NCBI GenBank assembly: GCA_033345195.1
Contig: JAWPOE010000008.1
Span: 181,048-245,047 of the forward strand
Direction of reading: 5' to 3'
DNA from: Alphaproteobacteria bacterium
GTDB taxonomy: Bacteria > Pseudomonadota > Alphaproteobacteria > Rs-D84
DNA length: 64,000 nt
The notes beneath the pieces were generated by a model. The model saw only the letters and a program-made list of their open reading frames with translations. It was not told the DNA's origin and did not search any database. This document shows, one piece after another, positions 36,023 through 46,689 of the stretch. The position numbers and the translations under genes are program-made. Position 1 is the stretch's first letter. Every line of letters begins with the position of its first letter.

Positions 36023-36454
36023 TTATTTTGATTGTGCCTGCTTTTGTTCATACAGTTGTGCGAAATCAACAGGTTGCATTGTGAATGCAGGGAATCCTGA
36101 TTCAGATGTCAAACGTGTAATCAAACTGCGGACCGCAGGGAACAACAATGTTGGAACATCAATCAATAATGTGCGTTTTTTTGCTTCTTCGTCTTTTTCT
36201 TCTTCCATTTGAACCAAGCCAGAATATGTTGATTCAATCAAGAAAATAGATTTTTCGTCTTTTTCCAATTTAGAATGTGTTTTTACAATCAGGTCAACCA
36301 TGAACAGGTTGTTTTCTGCGCCCTTGATTTGAATATCGATGTTGATTTCCAATTTTGCCTGGCCATTGTCTTGTTTAAAGAATAATTCTGGTACATTTGG
36401 GCTTTCAAAAGAAATGTCTTTTAAGAATTGAGAGATGATATTAAATTTTGCCAT
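36023..36454 (-). CDS. secB: protein-export chaperone SecB
   Basis: QFLKDISFESPN.P, LLFP..R..I..LT..SGFP, PVDF..LY. Confidence 0.93.
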   Translation of the reverse strand: MAKFNIISQFLKDISFESPNVPELFFKQDNGQAKLEINIDIQIKGAENNLFMVDLIVKTHSKLEKDEKSIFLIESTYSGLVQMEEEKDEEAKKRTLLIDVPTLLFPAVRSLITRLTSESGFPAFTMQPVDFAQLYEQKQAQSK

Positions 36455-36569
36455 TCTATTTTTCTCCTTCGGTCATATTATTGGCGAATGTAAGGTCTGG
36501 ACTTGTGTCCTGGTTTTATGTTAATATAGCATTATAAAAAGGTTTTACAAGTGGGGGGATTGATAAAAA

Positions 36570-37670
36570 ATGCGAATTTTTGAAAAAAACTTTATTGTGC
36601 GTGGTTTTTTTATGCTGGTTGGTGTATTTGCGTTGGCGTCGTGCGATTTGTCCAGCCCCAGTGTCGTGGGTGATAATTCCGTAATCCCATCGAATTTTAA
36701 GCGCGTATCGTATGCGCAATTGCCGGGTTGGCGCGATGATGATGTGCGATATGCATTACAGGCGTTTCGTAATTCGTGCAAGGCAAAAATTCAATATACG
36801 GGGCGTTTAATCCCAGACAGGGCGTTGTTCGAAGAAAAGTGTAATCGTTTGCCATCGGCGTCGGCAGATGTTGCGACGGTGCGTGCGTGGTTTGAATCTA
36901 ATTTCCAGCCGTATCAGATTTATACTGATGTTGGTGGTGACAGTGGTACATATACTGGGTATTATTCCCCAATTATTCCGGCGTGTCGTACCAAGACCGC
37001 GCAGTGTAATGAACCATTGATGGCGGTGCCACGTGATGGACGTAAATATAAGGGTGTTCCAAAAAAAGATATTGTTGAAAAGCAAATTGGGCGTGTGTTG
37101 TACTGGGCAAATATTGTCGATGTACAAAACTTGCAAATTCAAGGGTCTGGAAATTTAAGACTGGAAGATGGCACAGATGTAAAACTGAATTTTGGTGCTG
37201 TTAATGATATGCCGTTTAAGTCCATTGGGGAAGAATTGCGTAATCGCGGAATTCGCCCCACCGGTGGTTATTCGTCAGAGGCAGTATGGCAACACTTAAA
37301 GGCAAATCCGACGTTGGCGAGAGACGTGATTTATAAAAATCCACGATATGTCTATTTTTATGAATCTGTGCCACCAGATGTAATTGGTAAATTGGGTACG
37401 CCGTTGTCAAAAATACGCAGTATCGCGATGGACGATGACCTGTATACGTTGGGATTGCCGGTGTACGTCAGTACGAATTTGTCAGACGGTCGTCCGTTCC
37501 GTCGGCTGATGATTGCCCAAGATACAGGCAGTGCAATCCGTGGATGGATTCGTGCTGATATCTTCTTTGGCAAGGGGGACGAAGCATACAAGTTTGCCCA
37601 GGGACAACATGCCCAGGGTCAGATGTTTATCTTGATGCCCAAAGAATATAGTTATGTCAAACCACGATAA
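36570..37670 (+). CDS. mltA: membrane-bound lytic murein transglycosylase A
   Basis: Lipobox LASC, LPGW..D, TGYY.P, IQGSG, NPRYVYF, AQDTGSAIRG..RAD.F.G.G. Confidence 0.92.
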   Translation: MRIFEKNFIVRGFFMLVGVFALASCDLSSPSVVGDNSVIPSNFKRVSYAQLPGWRDDDVRYALQAFRNSCKAKIQYTGRLIPDRALFEEKCNRLPSASADVATVRAWFESNFQPYQIYTDVGGDSGTYTGYYSPIIPACRTKTAQCNEPLMAVPRDGRKYKGVPKKDIVEKQIGRVLYWANIVDVQNLQIQGSGNLRLEDGTDVKLNFGAVNDMPFKSIGEELRNRGIRPTGGYSSEAVWQHLKANPTLARDVIYKNPRYVYFYESVPPDVIGKLGTPLSKIRSIAMDDDLYTLGLPVYVSTNLSDGRPFRRLMIAQDTGSAIRGWIRADIFFGKGDEAYKFAQGQHAQGQMFILMPKEYSYVKPR

Positions 37671-37983
37671 AGATTTTTCAAAACGTATCGCGCGTCCCCA
37701 AACGTTGGGTGGGGCGCTGGGGGGATTAATTAAAATATTTGGTGTGCGTGCATCGGATGCAGATTTGGCGACGCGTTGGGCGGAAATTATGGGCGCAGAT
37801 ATCGCAATGATTGCGACACTTGCCGCGATAAAGAAAAATCGTGACGGGACATTTAATATTGTAATTCGACCAACAAATCCGGCGTATACATTGCAATTGT
37901 CGTATCAAAAAGATGAAATAATATCGCGTATCAATAAATATTTTGGTTATGACGCGGTTGGTAAAATAAGTTTTAGGAAATAA
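37654..37983 (+). CDS. DciA / DUF721 family protein
   Basis: RWAEIMG, LQLSY...II.RIN.YFGY.AV..I.F. Confidence 0.75.
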   Translation: MSNHDKDFSKRIARPQTLGGALGGLIKIFGVRASDADLATRWAEIMGADIAMIATLAAIKKNRDGTFNIVIRPTNPAYTLQLSYQKDEIISRINKYFGYDAVGKISFRK

Positions 37984-37997
37984 AAAGGGGATGAATC

Positions 37998-38423
37998 ATG
38001 AAATTTTTCTTGTGGGTGTTTGTATTAGTCTGTGTTTCGTCTGGATTGGATTTGTTTTTTGATTCATTAGGTTTTTCAAGGCTTTTAAAATATATATTTC
38101 TATTGCTGGTTGGTATTATGCTTTATATCTGGATTGCGGTGTTTACCAAACGTACGGAAATTATTACAGTTGCAAGCAAGGCAATATTGGTAAAAAAAAT
38201 TGGTAAATGGAAATTGATAAAATCGTCTGATGGTCGCATTTTTATTAATAATAATGATTGGTTGGTAAAACGGAATTCCAGGGATTTAGATAAAATATTA
38301 CAGGAAGGACATACGTATAAAATCGTATCATATAGTTATGGTTTTGGTCTGGAAAGAGTAATTTTATATGCGCATGAAATAAAAACGCCTATACGCAAGA
38401 AAACGGGGAAAAAATCAAAATGA
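37998..38423 (+). CDS. hypothetical membrane protein
   Basis: Two N-terminal hydrophobic helices, GGGG RBS, AT-rich. Confidence 0.6.
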   Translation: MKFFLWVFVLVCVSSGLDLFFDSLGFSRLLKYIFLLLVGIMLYIWIAVFTKRTEIITVASKAILVKKIGKWKLIKSSDGRIFINNNDWLVKRNSRDLDKILQEGHTYKIVSYSYGFGLERVILYAHEIKTPIRKKTGKKSK

Positions 38424-38902
38424 CAACACGTGTTTTGGGGATTGATCCGGGGTTGTTACATACAGGTTGGGCGGTTGTTGAATCGCATGGACAATCACGT
38501 AAATATATCGCCAGTGGCGTAATTTTACCAAAGCCGAAGTTAGAGATGTCCGTGCGTTTGGCAACAATTTTTCAAGAATTGACCAAGATTTGTGATGCAT
38601 TTGAACCCGATGAATGCAGTATCGAAATTATATTTGTAAATAAAAACCCAAAGACAACATTGTTGTTGGGTCAGGCACGTGCCGCCGCAATCGTTGCAGT
38701 TGCGAATAAGGGGGTGCCTGTATTTGAATATGAACCAAATGTTATAAAGAAAGCCCTGACAGGTGCAGGGCATGCAGATAAAACTGCGGTTGATAAAATG
38801 GTGCGGATGTTATTGCCAAATGCGCGTCCAAAAACACCGGACGAGGCAGACGCAATTGCAATTGCATTGGCGCATACGAATATGATGCGAATTATAAAGT
38901 AA
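38420..38902 (+). CDS. ruvC: Holliday junction resolvase
   Basis: LGIDPGL..TGW, IE..FV.KN..T.L.LGQAR, EY.P..IKKA.TG.G.A.K, DEADAIAIA. Confidence 0.95.
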   Translation: MTTRVLGIDPGLLHTGWAVVESHGQSRKYIASGVILPKPKLEMSVRLATIFQELTKICDAFEPDECSIEIIFVNKNPKTTLLLGQARAAAIVAVANKGVPVFEYEPNVIKKALTGAGHADKTAVDKMVRMLLPNARPKTPDEADAIAIALAHTNMMRIIK

Positions 38903-38905
38903 ATT

Positions 38906-39409
38906 TTATTTTTTGCCGAAATGCTTTTTTAGAATTTCATATGCAGTAGAAATGCGCGCAAATTCTGTGGTGGCGTTTTTCTTGTCTGTTGCCGTGTCGG
39001 GGTGGTATTTTTTTGCCAGTGCGCGGTATTTAACGCCAACCTCGCGCCAAGTGGCAGAAATGCCTAAATCGAACACCTTTAATGCAGAAACAACATTTGT
39101 TGGCAGTTTTGATTTTGCGGGTATCTTGTCAAATTTACTGCGCCCGGTAATAAAATCATTTATAAATTTTGCGTAATCTGTTGCGTCATTGTTTGCAGAT
39201 TCTTTATCTTTTAATGGTGCGCCAAATGTTTGACGTTCCCAGTCGGCCTCAATCTCGTCCGGGGTCATATCGGCATAATAATTCCAGTTTTTATTATATT
39301 CCGCGGCGTGTTCTTGGCAAAAAAACCAATAATCTTTCAGATCGCGTGATTTTGGGGCGCGACATGTTCCTGCCTTGCCACAGCCGGGTTTATCACATTT
39401 TTTTATCAT
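38906..39409 (-). CDS. alphaproteobacterial J-domain protein with N-terminal Cys/His motif
   Basis: CDKPGC...RAPKS...FC.EH..EYN..WNY; C-terminal YR.LAKKYHPD. Confidence 0.85.
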   Translation of the reverse strand: MIKKCDKPGCGKAGTCRAPKSRDLKDYWFFCQEHAAEYNKNWNYYADMTPDEIEADWERQTFGAPLKDKESANNDATDYAKFINDFITGRSKFDKIPAKSKLPTNVVSALKVFDLGISATWREVGVKYRALAKKYHPDTATDKKNATTEFARISTAYEILKKHFGKK

Positions 39410-39412
39410 TTT

Positions 39413-40273
39413 TTATTCTACCTTTGTATTTGCCAGGGGGTGATGATTTTCAACCGTTTGTTTCAAGCGTTCCGGTAATACATGCGTGTATATTTGTGTC
39501 GTTGAAATATCTTCGTGTCCCAGCATTGTTTGTATCGCGCGCAGGTTTGCGCCACCCGCCAACAGGTGTGACGCAAACGAATGACGCAGAACGTGTGGAC
39601 TGACCCGGTCTGGGTCAATGCCAGATAATATTGCGCATTTTTTTAGAATCTTGAAAAATCCATCGCGTGTGATATGGCCGGATTTCCCATTGGATGGAAA
39701 TACATATTTGGATTCAATATCGCCACGCAGGTTTAGCCATTTGTTCAATGCGGTTATTGCGCCGTCGTGCATTGGTACCAGGCGTTCTTTGGCGCCTTTG
39801 CCATGAATTAATAGTTTGTCGCCCAGAATCGCCGTCATTGGTAATTCGCATAATTCTGATACACGCAGACCAGATGCGTACAGCAGTTCAATCATTGCAC
39901 GCAGACGTGTCGAATTTTTTATGTCACCCGCAGATGATATTAATAAATCGATTTCGTCGATAGATAAAAATTTGGGCAGGACGCGTTCACGCTTTGGCAA
40001 TTCCAGATTCTTGGTCGGATTGGTTTTTATAATTTTTTCCAACATTAAAAATTTATAAAATCCACGTAATGCAGACGCCTTGCGTGCAATTGATGATGCC
40101 TTGTCCGGCAGGTTGGATAGATAATTTTGTATTGCGGTTTCGTCTGCATTCATCAGTCCGCCGTCAATCGCGTCGTTCGCCAAGCGCAGGTCTGATTCAT
40201 AACTGGATAGCGTTTTGTTGCTGCAACCTTTTTCTGCGGAAAGTGCTTCTAAAAAAATATCTATATAGTTCAT
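39413..40273 (-). CDS. xerD: tyrosine recombinase XerD
   Basis: LLYASGLRVSEL, GKGAKERLVP, SPHVLRHSFASHLL.GGA.LR.IQ.MLGH.DISTTQIYTHV. Confidence 0.92.
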   Translation of the reverse strand: MNYIDIFLEALSAEKGCSNKTLSSYESDLRLANDAIDGGLMNADETAIQNYLSNLPDKASSIARKASALRGFYKFLMLEKIIKTNPTKNLELPKRERVLPKFLSIDEIDLLISSAGDIKNSTRLRAMIELLYASGLRVSELCELPMTAILGDKLLIHGKGAKERLVPMHDGAITALNKWLNLRGDIESKYVFPSNGKSGHITRDGFFKILKKCAILSGIDPDRVSPHVLRHSFASHLLAGGANLRAIQTMLGHEDISTTQIYTHVLPERLKQTVENHHPLANTKVE

Positions 40274-40404
40274 GGATATACCACAATTTCTGTCATATAT
40301 TGGGTCGCAGGAAAAGATATTATCATCAATACCATCAGGGTGGCAATTAATGCCCAGATTAAGATTTTACGAAAATTTGTTTTTTTCTTGCGCTTTAATG
40401 GCAT
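40270..40404 (-). CDS. small (44 aa) single-pass membrane protein
   Basis: MPLKRKKK followed by a hydrophobic helix; its stop overlaps the xerD start. Confidence 0.55.
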   Translation of the reverse strand: MPLKRKKKTNFRKILIWALIATLMVLMIISFPATQYMTEIVVYP

Positions 40405-40420
40405 GAAAGACGTCCTATGT

Positions 40421-41479
40421 TTATATTGTATCAAAACTGGTGATGAATATGCCGGCGCCGGCAATGATAATCAGCGGTGGTGCGATTATAGATAGCATTG
40501 GTGGCAGGGTACCCGTCGCCCCCAGTGCATTAAACATGTTTATTAGAAAATATACTGCAAAACATGTGATAATGCCCAGGCTGAATTTTACGCCAAAACT
40601 GTAATTTCGACGCTGTTTCGTCTGGGAAAATGCAATTCCCAACATTGCCATTGATATCATTGTCAGGGGCAGAAACAATAGTGTCCACAATTGTACCATA
40701 TGACCGCGGACAGGGGCGCCAATCGTTTCCATGCGTTTTATAAATTCAGGTAATTCCCAGAAAGATATTTGGTCTGGTTGCAGATATCTGTCCAAGACGG
40801 TTTGTGGATTTAATAATGTTTTTGCAGACCAATCCTTGGTTCGTAATATTCCATTTGCGTCCCAGGTTTGTGCGTTGTGCGCAGATAGACCCGCATCAGA
40901 CAGGGTGACGGTGTCGGCCTGAACGCGTTCGGTTAATTTAAATTTTTTGTCCTGGGTGTATATTATTGCGTCTTCAAATATTAAAAGTTCGCCAGATTTA
41001 TGTACGTCTTGGGCATTCATTGTGATAACGCCATTGTCTGATTCTTCGCGCAGCCAGATTACTTCGTCAACAGATTGCAGTTTTTCAATTGTTATGTTTT
41101 CTGTGCTGACACTGACAGAATATGGATTTATTACGGTTGTTGCAAATACGCCAATTAAAAATGCGCCAACCAAGAATGGACGTGCAGATTGAAATGGTGA
41201 TAGGCCGGCGCTGGATACAATAATGCTTTCGCTGGATTTGGTTAAATTATATGATGTTAACAACGTTCCCATAAATACAGCCAATGGCAAGAACATCGGT
41301 ACATATTCCAACAGGCGTATCCAGGAATCGTAAAATGCGCTGATTGCGTCCGGATTTGATGGCAGACGTTCAACAAATGTAACCGCCAAGATTATGCCAC
41401 ATACGACCAGCATAACAAGACCAACGCCGGAAAAAAATCGGCGCATTAAAAAGCGGGTTAAGATATTTAGCCTAAACAT
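40421..41479 (-). CDS. LPS export permease LptF/LptG family
   Basis: 3 TM, beta-jellyroll, 3 TM; SE......AG.S motif. Confidence 0.85.
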   Translation of the reverse strand: MFRLNILTRFLMRRFFSGVGLVMLVVCGIILAVTFVERLPSNPDAISAFYDSWIRLLEYVPMFLPLAVFMGTLLTSYNLTKSSESIIVSSAGLSPFQSARPFLVGAFLIGVFATTVINPYSVSVSTENITIEKLQSVDEVIWLREESDNGVITMNAQDVHKSGELLIFEDAIIYTQDKKFKLTERVQADTVTLSDAGLSAHNAQTWDANGILRTKDWSAKTLLNPQTVLDRYLQPDQISFWELPEFIKRMETIGAPVRGHMVQLWTLLFLPLTMISMAMLGIAFSQTKQRRNYSFGVKFSLGIITCFAVYFLINMFNALGATGTLPPMLSIIAPPLIIIAGAGIFITSFDTI

Positions 41480-41567
41480 ATCAATGAAACTATACCCTGT
41501 AAATTTGACAATTGCAAAATTAAAATGTATGCGTATAATCTGAAAAATAAAGGAATAGGGTAAAATT

Positions 41568-42038
41568 ATGGAAAAAAAACCAATTTCGCGTGCCGGATTT
41601 GACATGCTGTTAAAAGAATTAAAGGATTTAAAAGAGGTTCAACGCCCAGAAATACTGAAAACTGTTCAGTGGGCACGTTCCTTGGGTGATTTGTCTGAAA
41701 ATGCAGATTATAGCGCGGCGCGTGAAAAACAGCGTCAGATTGATAATCGTATTCGGTTTATCGAAGGTGTAATTGAAAATGCGGCGGTAATTGATATTGA
41801 TTCGCTGTCTGGAAATCGTGTCGTGTTTGGCGCGCGTGTTGTTGCCGAAGATGAAGATGGTAATAAAATGCAATGTCGTATTTTGTCTGATATCGAATCG
41901 GATGGGCGTACGGTTATTTCGTGTACGTCGCCGGTTGGACGGGCGATGATTGGGCGTTGTGTGGGTGATACATGTATTGTAAAATTGCCCAGTGGTGAAA
42001 AAGAATATGAAATCTTGGAAGTGACGTTCAAAGAATAA
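41568..42038 (+). CDS. greA: transcription elongation factor GreA/GreB family
   Basis: AR.LGDLSENADYSAARE.Q, VVFGA.V, SPVGRA.IG. Confidence 0.9.
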   Translation: MEKKPISRAGFDMLLKELKDLKEVQRPEILKTVQWARSLGDLSENADYSAAREKQRQIDNRIRFIEGVIENAAVIDIDSLSGNRVVFGARVVAEDEDGNKMQCRILSDIESDGRTVISCTSPVGRAMIGRCVGDTCIVKLPSGEKEYEILEVTFKE

Positions 42039-42050
42039 GGTGTTTTTGTC

Positions 42051-43802
42051 GTGGCTGTTCGCGTATTGCCGGATTATCTGATTAATCAAATTGCCGCAGG
42101 CGAGGTGGTGGAACGACCCGCCAGTGTGGTCAAGGAACTGGTGGAAAATGCGCTGGACGCGGGTGCAGACCAAATTGTTATTGATGTTGTTGATGGGGGG
42201 CGTACGTCAATCAGTGTAATTGATAATGGGTGTGGGATGTCGCGTGATGATTTGGCGCGTGCGATTACACGTCATGCAACGTCAAAATTACCCACAGATG
42301 ATTTGTTGAATATTAATTTTATGGGTTTTCGTGGCGAAGCGTTGCCGTCAATCGCATCTGTATCTGATATGACAATTGATACGTGTAATGGCGCAGATGA
42401 AAATGGTTGGCAAATTGATTGCACTACGCATGAAATAAGGCCGTCTGATTGGGAAAGTGGAACCAGAATACGTGTTCAAAATTTATTCGCAAAAACGCCG
42501 GCGCGATTAAAGTTTCTGCGTGGTGACAGGGCAGAAATGATGTCTGTCTTGGATGTTGTAAAACGTTTGGCAATGGCGCGGCCTGATGTTGGCTTTATAT
42601 TGAATAACAAGTGGCGTTTCCCAAAAAATGAAGATATGTTGGCGCGTATAGAAAGTGTTATGGGTGACGATGTTCGTGGACGTATGCTGGATGTTGATGC
42701 GGTGTCGCGTTCGTCGGCTGATATGAAGCTGTCGGGTTTTATTTCAGAGGCAACATTACGACGTGCGTCATCAATTGATCAATTTTTGTTTGTAAATGGT
42801 CGTCCGGTAAAGGACAAGGTCTTGGTCGGGGCATTGCGTGCCGCATATATGGATGTTATGCATGCGCGTGAATTTCCGTTGTGTGCGCTGTATTTGACGG
42901 TGCCAACAGGGGCGGTTGATGTTAATGTGTCGCCTGCAAAAACCGAAGTACATTTTCTGGAACCGACGCATGTGCGTTCTTTTATAATAAAGACACTGCG
43001 CGATAGGTTGTCGCAAACAATGGTTTCGCCCCAGGTTGTTGTGTCACAACAGTCAAGTGTAAATAACGTGCCAACCCCAACAAAATTTGATTTTGGAATT
43101 AAGCGTGATGTTTTTCAGGTTCGCGATAGTGTTGCGCCAGTCATGCCAAATATGTTTGCAAGTTCGGCGGCCAAGCCTGTGGTGCGCGACGTTTCCGAAC
43201 ATAGCGTCCCCATACCAAATGATACGGTTGTTGTTGATATGCCGTTGGGGCGTGTGGTGGGGCAGGTTGGAAATAAATATATAATTGCCCAGAAAGATGA
43301 CAATATGGTTATTGTTGATCAACATGCTGGGCATGAACGTATAACATATGAAAAATTGCGTGCATATAAAATAAAGTCACAGCCATTGTTGACGCCAATT
43401 ATCGTAAAGTTACGCGATGAAGATGTGGCGGCGGTTTTATCTATCGCGGAAGAGTTAAAAAAATCTGGATTGCATGTCGATGCGTTTGGTGATGACGCGG
43501 TTGCAATTTTTGAAAAGCCGGCAGATTGGGATATGAACTGGGGTGATGTGTTACGTGCCATCGCGGACGAGGTTCGCGAAAACGGACATTCATCACAATT
43601 GAATGAAAGGTTGCATTTAAAGTTGGCAAACTATGCATGTCATCATTCTGTGCGGGCAGGGCAAAAGTTGGACTATGCCCAGATGGATGCATTGTTGCGT
43701 GATATTGAGCGGACAGAACGTGCGGGACAATGTAATCACGGACGGCCTGTGTATAAATTTATTCCAATGACAGAAATTGATGCCTGGTTCGAACGGTTGT
43801 GA
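42051..43802 (+). CDS. mutL: DNA mismatch repair endonuclease MutL
   Basis: NQIAAGEVVERPASVVKELVEN, GFRGEAL, DQHAGHER, CNHGRP. Confidence 0.97.
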   Translation: MAVRVLPDYLINQIAAGEVVERPASVVKELVENALDAGADQIVIDVVDGGRTSISVIDNGCGMSRDDLARAITRHATSKLPTDDLLNINFMGFRGEALPSIASVSDMTIDTCNGADENGWQIDCTTHEIRPSDWESGTRIRVQNLFAKTPARLKFLRGDRAEMMSVLDVVKRLAMARPDVGFILNNKWRFPKNEDMLARIESVMGDDVRGRMLDVDAVSRSSADMKLSGFISEATLRRASSIDQFLFVNGRPVKDKVLVGALRAAYMDVMHAREFPLCALYLTVPTGAVDVNVSPAKTEVHFLEPTHVRSFIIKTLRDRLSQTMVSPQVVVSQQSSVNNVPTPTKFDFGIKRDVFQVRDSVAPVMPNMFASSAAKPVVRDVSEHSVPIPNDTVVVDMPLGRVVGQVGNKYIIAQKDDNMVIVDQHAGHERITYEKLRAYKIKSQPLLTPIIVKLRDEDVAAVLSIAEELKKSGLHVDAFGDDAVAIFEKPADWDMNWGDVLRAIADEVRENGHSSQLNERLHLKLANYACHHSVRAGQKLDYAQMDALLRDIERTERAGQCNHGRPVYKFIPMTEIDAWFERL

Positions 43803-43873
43803 ATTTTCTGTATTTTTTCTTTACTTTTTGGGTCTTATTTACTATCGTGGACGTATTAAATAAGGAGAAATAT

Positions 43874-44191
43874 ATGGAAGAAACAGCAGTTGTTGTCGAA
43901 AATGTTGCGCAGAATGCGCCTGCAAATGCACCCCAGGGCAGTACGTGGGGCTTGGTTTTGTACTGTATCGTTGTTTTTGCGATTATTTATTTCTTGATGG
44001 TGCGACCAAACAAAAAACGTATGGCGGAATATCAAAAAATGCTGGATTCATTACAGGTCGGCAATCGTGTATTGGCGGCCGGTATTTATGGCGTAATCAA
44101 AAAAATTAATGAAAAAACAATTGAACTAGAGATTGCCAAGGGCGTTGTTATCGAGGTTAATAAAAACGCAGTGGCAGGGGTCGAAGAATAA
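43874..44191 (+). CDS. yajC: preprotein translocase subunit YajC
   Basis: AAGGAG RBS; YFLMVRP.KKR, L..G..V...GIYG.I. Precedes secD. Confidence 0.92.
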   Translation: MEETAVVVENVAQNAPANAPQGSTWGLVLYCIVVFAIIYFLMVRPNKKRMAEYQKMLDSLQVGNRVLAAGIYGVIKKINEKTIELEIAKGVVIEVNKNAVAGVEE

Positions 44192-44206
44192 TAAAAGGGT
44201 TGTGGT

Positions 44207-45769
44207 ATGTTTAAAAAGTTGGCGATTGTATTTGTCGCGGTGTTTTGTGTATTGTTGGCGGTGCCAACAATGTCGCCAAAGTTGGCACCTTATTTCCCGT
44301 CTTGGATTCAGCCGGTTCCATTGGGGTTGGATTTAAAAGGTGGGGCACAATTGTTGTTAGAGGTTGATACAACAACAATGTTCCAAGAAAAGTCAGAACA
44401 GTTATATGAAGAAACGCGTTCTGCATTGATTGATAGAAACAAGGGCGTTATTCGTTTTTCTAATTTGCATAACAATGATGGTGTTGTGTCGCTGGTCGTG
44501 CGTAATGAAGATGAAGTGTCAGATGCCAAGGGGCGCTTAAAAAGTGTGTTTGGCAGTACGGTTGATATTGCGTCTGATGGAAAAAAGATAACGTTGTCTT
44601 ATTCTGATAAGCAAAAAGAAGAAATGGTAAAGGATGCGTTGGCGCGCAGTATTGAAATTGTTCGTCGTCGTATTGATGCGCTGGGGACCAAGGAACCGTC
44701 AATTCAAAGTCAGGGTGGAAAATATATCTTGGTTCAGTTGCCGGGCGTTGATAATCCAGAGCGTATCAAGGAGTTGATTGGTCAGACCGCAAAAATGACA
44801 TTCCATTTGGTTAATGAAAATGTTAGTCAAGAACAGGTTGCGTCTGGTCGTGCGCCCAGTGGTACAGAATTCTTGCCGTATATCGATTCGCCAGGGTCTG
44901 TGATACCGGTTTATTCCAGGGTAGAAGTGTCGGGTGAATCATTGAAGGATTCCCAGGCAGAATTTGATCAAAATAATATGCCGGTTGTGTCCACTGTGTT
45001 TGATGCATCGGGGGCGCGTCGTTTTGCAAAGTTGACAACAGAACATGTTAATGAACGCTTTGCAATTGTTCTGGACGGCAAGGTTTTGTCTGCGCCGGTA
45101 ATTCGTGAACCAATCCCAGGTGGACGTGGTCAGATTTCTGGTGGGTTTACATTGCAGGGTGCAAAAGATTTGGCGGTGTTGTTGCGTTCAGGCGCATTGC
45201 CGGCCCCATTACAGGTTATCGAAGAACGTGTTGTTGGTGCGGGATTGGGTGCCGATACAATTGCCGGTGGTAAAATCGGTGCGATTGCAGGTGTTTGTTT
45301 AATCTTTATTTTCTTGTTGCTGGTATATCGTGGGTTCGGTGTAATTGCGATGATATCACTGATGGTGAATTTGGGTATGATTGTTGGACTGACTGCATTG
45401 TTTGGTGCGACATTAACATTGCCTGGTATTGCGGGTATTGTGTTGACGTTGGGTATGGCGGTGGACGCAAACGTGTTGCCATTTGAACGCATCCGTGACG
45501 AAGTACGACAAGGAACGCCGACGCTGCGTGCAACAAATCTGGGGTTTGATCGTGCGATGAAGGCGGTGTTGGACGGGAACTTAACAACATTGATTTGTGG
45601 TTTGGTGTTGTTCCAGTTCGGTGCCGGTCCAATCCGTGGGTTTGCAGTGACATTGTCAATTGGTATTCTGACAACGCTGTTCACGTGTGTATGCTTGACC
45701 AAGGTATTGGTGGATTGGTACATGAATGGCAAAAATAAAAAGATTGGTTTTGTCGGTGGTGGCAAATAA
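44207..45769 (+). CDS. secD: protein translocase subunit SecD
   Basis: LGLDLKGG, RRIDALG..EP.I, LRSGALPA, TLTLPGIAG..L..GMAVDANV. Confidence 0.97.
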   Translation: MFKKLAIVFVAVFCVLLAVPTMSPKLAPYFPSWIQPVPLGLDLKGGAQLLLEVDTTTMFQEKSEQLYEETRSALIDRNKGVIRFSNLHNNDGVVSLVVRNEDEVSDAKGRLKSVFGSTVDIASDGKKITLSYSDKQKEEMVKDALARSIEIVRRRIDALGTKEPSIQSQGGKYILVQLPGVDNPERIKELIGQTAKMTFHLVNENVSQEQVASGRAPSGTEFLPYIDSPGSVIPVYSRVEVSGESLKDSQAEFDQNNMPVVSTVFDASGARRFAKLTTEHVNERFAIVLDGKVLSAPVIREPIPGGRGQISGGFTLQGAKDLAVLLRSGALPAPLQVIEERVVGAGLGADTIAGGKIGAIAGVCLIFIFLLLVYRGFGVIAMISLMVNLGMIVGLTALFGATLTLPGIAGIVLTLGMAVDANVLPFERIRDEVRQGTPTLRATNLGFDRAMKAVLDGNLTTLICGLVLFQFGAGPIRGFAVTLSIGILTTLFTCVCLTKVLVDWYMNGKNKKIGFVGGGK

Positions 45770-45790
45770 AGAATGCAAAGGGGAAGTATT

Positions 45791-46654
45791 ATGAAATTGC
45801 AGGTTATGAAATATCGTAAGGTATCGTACATTGTTTCAGGGTTATTTATTCTGTTGTCGATATTTTCGTTGTTGGTGCGTGGTTTGAATTATGGTATTGA
45901 CTTTTCAGGCGGTATCGCGATGGAGGTTAAACCAATCGTTCAGAACTATGGCATTGAACAAATGCGTTCTGCATTGGACGAATTTAATCCAGAATTACAG
46001 ACTGTTGATGGTGATGCAATTCTGATTCGTGTCGGATTGCCAAAGGGGTCGACAGATGCACAGCAAAATGAACGCGTGACAGAAATTAAAAATATTCTGG
46101 GTGAAAATGTTCAGTATGAACAAGTACAAATCGTTGGACCAAAAATTGGTAGCGAATTGGTACGTGGTGGTATCTTGGCAATATTGTTTGCGTTTATTAT
46201 GATGGCAATCTATGTATGGATTCGATACAAGGGTGGATATGCGGTTGGTGCGTTTGTATCGTTGTTCTTGGACTTTGTGTTGATGTTTGGATTTTTCTCA
46301 ATCACAGGGTTGGAATTTAACCAGACGGCGATTGCGGTTATCTTGACGGGTATTGGTTATTCAATTAATGACAAGATTGTTAACTATGACCGAATTGATG
46401 AAAACGTGAAAAAATATCATAAAATGCCAATGGGTGACTTAATTGATTTGTCGGTTAATGAAATGTTGCGTCGTACAATGTTGACCAGTGTTTCAACATT
46501 GCTGGCGATGATTGGTTTGTCGATATTTGGTGGTCAACTGTTGCGTGAATTTGCATATGCAATGGCATTTAGTGTAATTATGGGTACGTTTACCAGTATT
46601 TATATTTCAAATATTATGCTGTATCACTTTAATTTGCGTGATACAGATAAATAA
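45791..46654 (+). CDS. secF: protein translocase subunit SecF
   Basis: GIDFSGG, VGPKIGSEL, IGYSIND.IV.YDRI.E. Alternative start at 45773. Confidence 0.95.
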   Translation: MKLQVMKYRKVSYIVSGLFILLSIFSLLVRGLNYGIDFSGGIAMEVKPIVQNYGIEQMRSALDEFNPELQTVDGDAILIRVGLPKGSTDAQQNERVTEIKNILGENVQYEQVQIVGPKIGSELVRGGILAILFAFIMMAIYVWIRYKGGYAVGAFVSLFLDFVLMFGFFSITGLEFNQTAIAVILTGIGYSINDKIVNYDRIDENVKKYHKMPMGDLIDLSVNEMLRRTMLTSVSTLLAMIGLSIFGGQLLREFAYAMAFSVIMGTFTSIYISNIMLYHFNLRDTDK

Positions 46655-46689
46655 AAAAATTGTGCCGCAACCAGGGGGAGGAAACGCGT

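Noticed and set aside
39413-40273. Tyrosine recombinase as a phage or island integrase
   Set aside because: Typical chromosomal XerD motifs in a housekeeping context, with no att sites or cargo.
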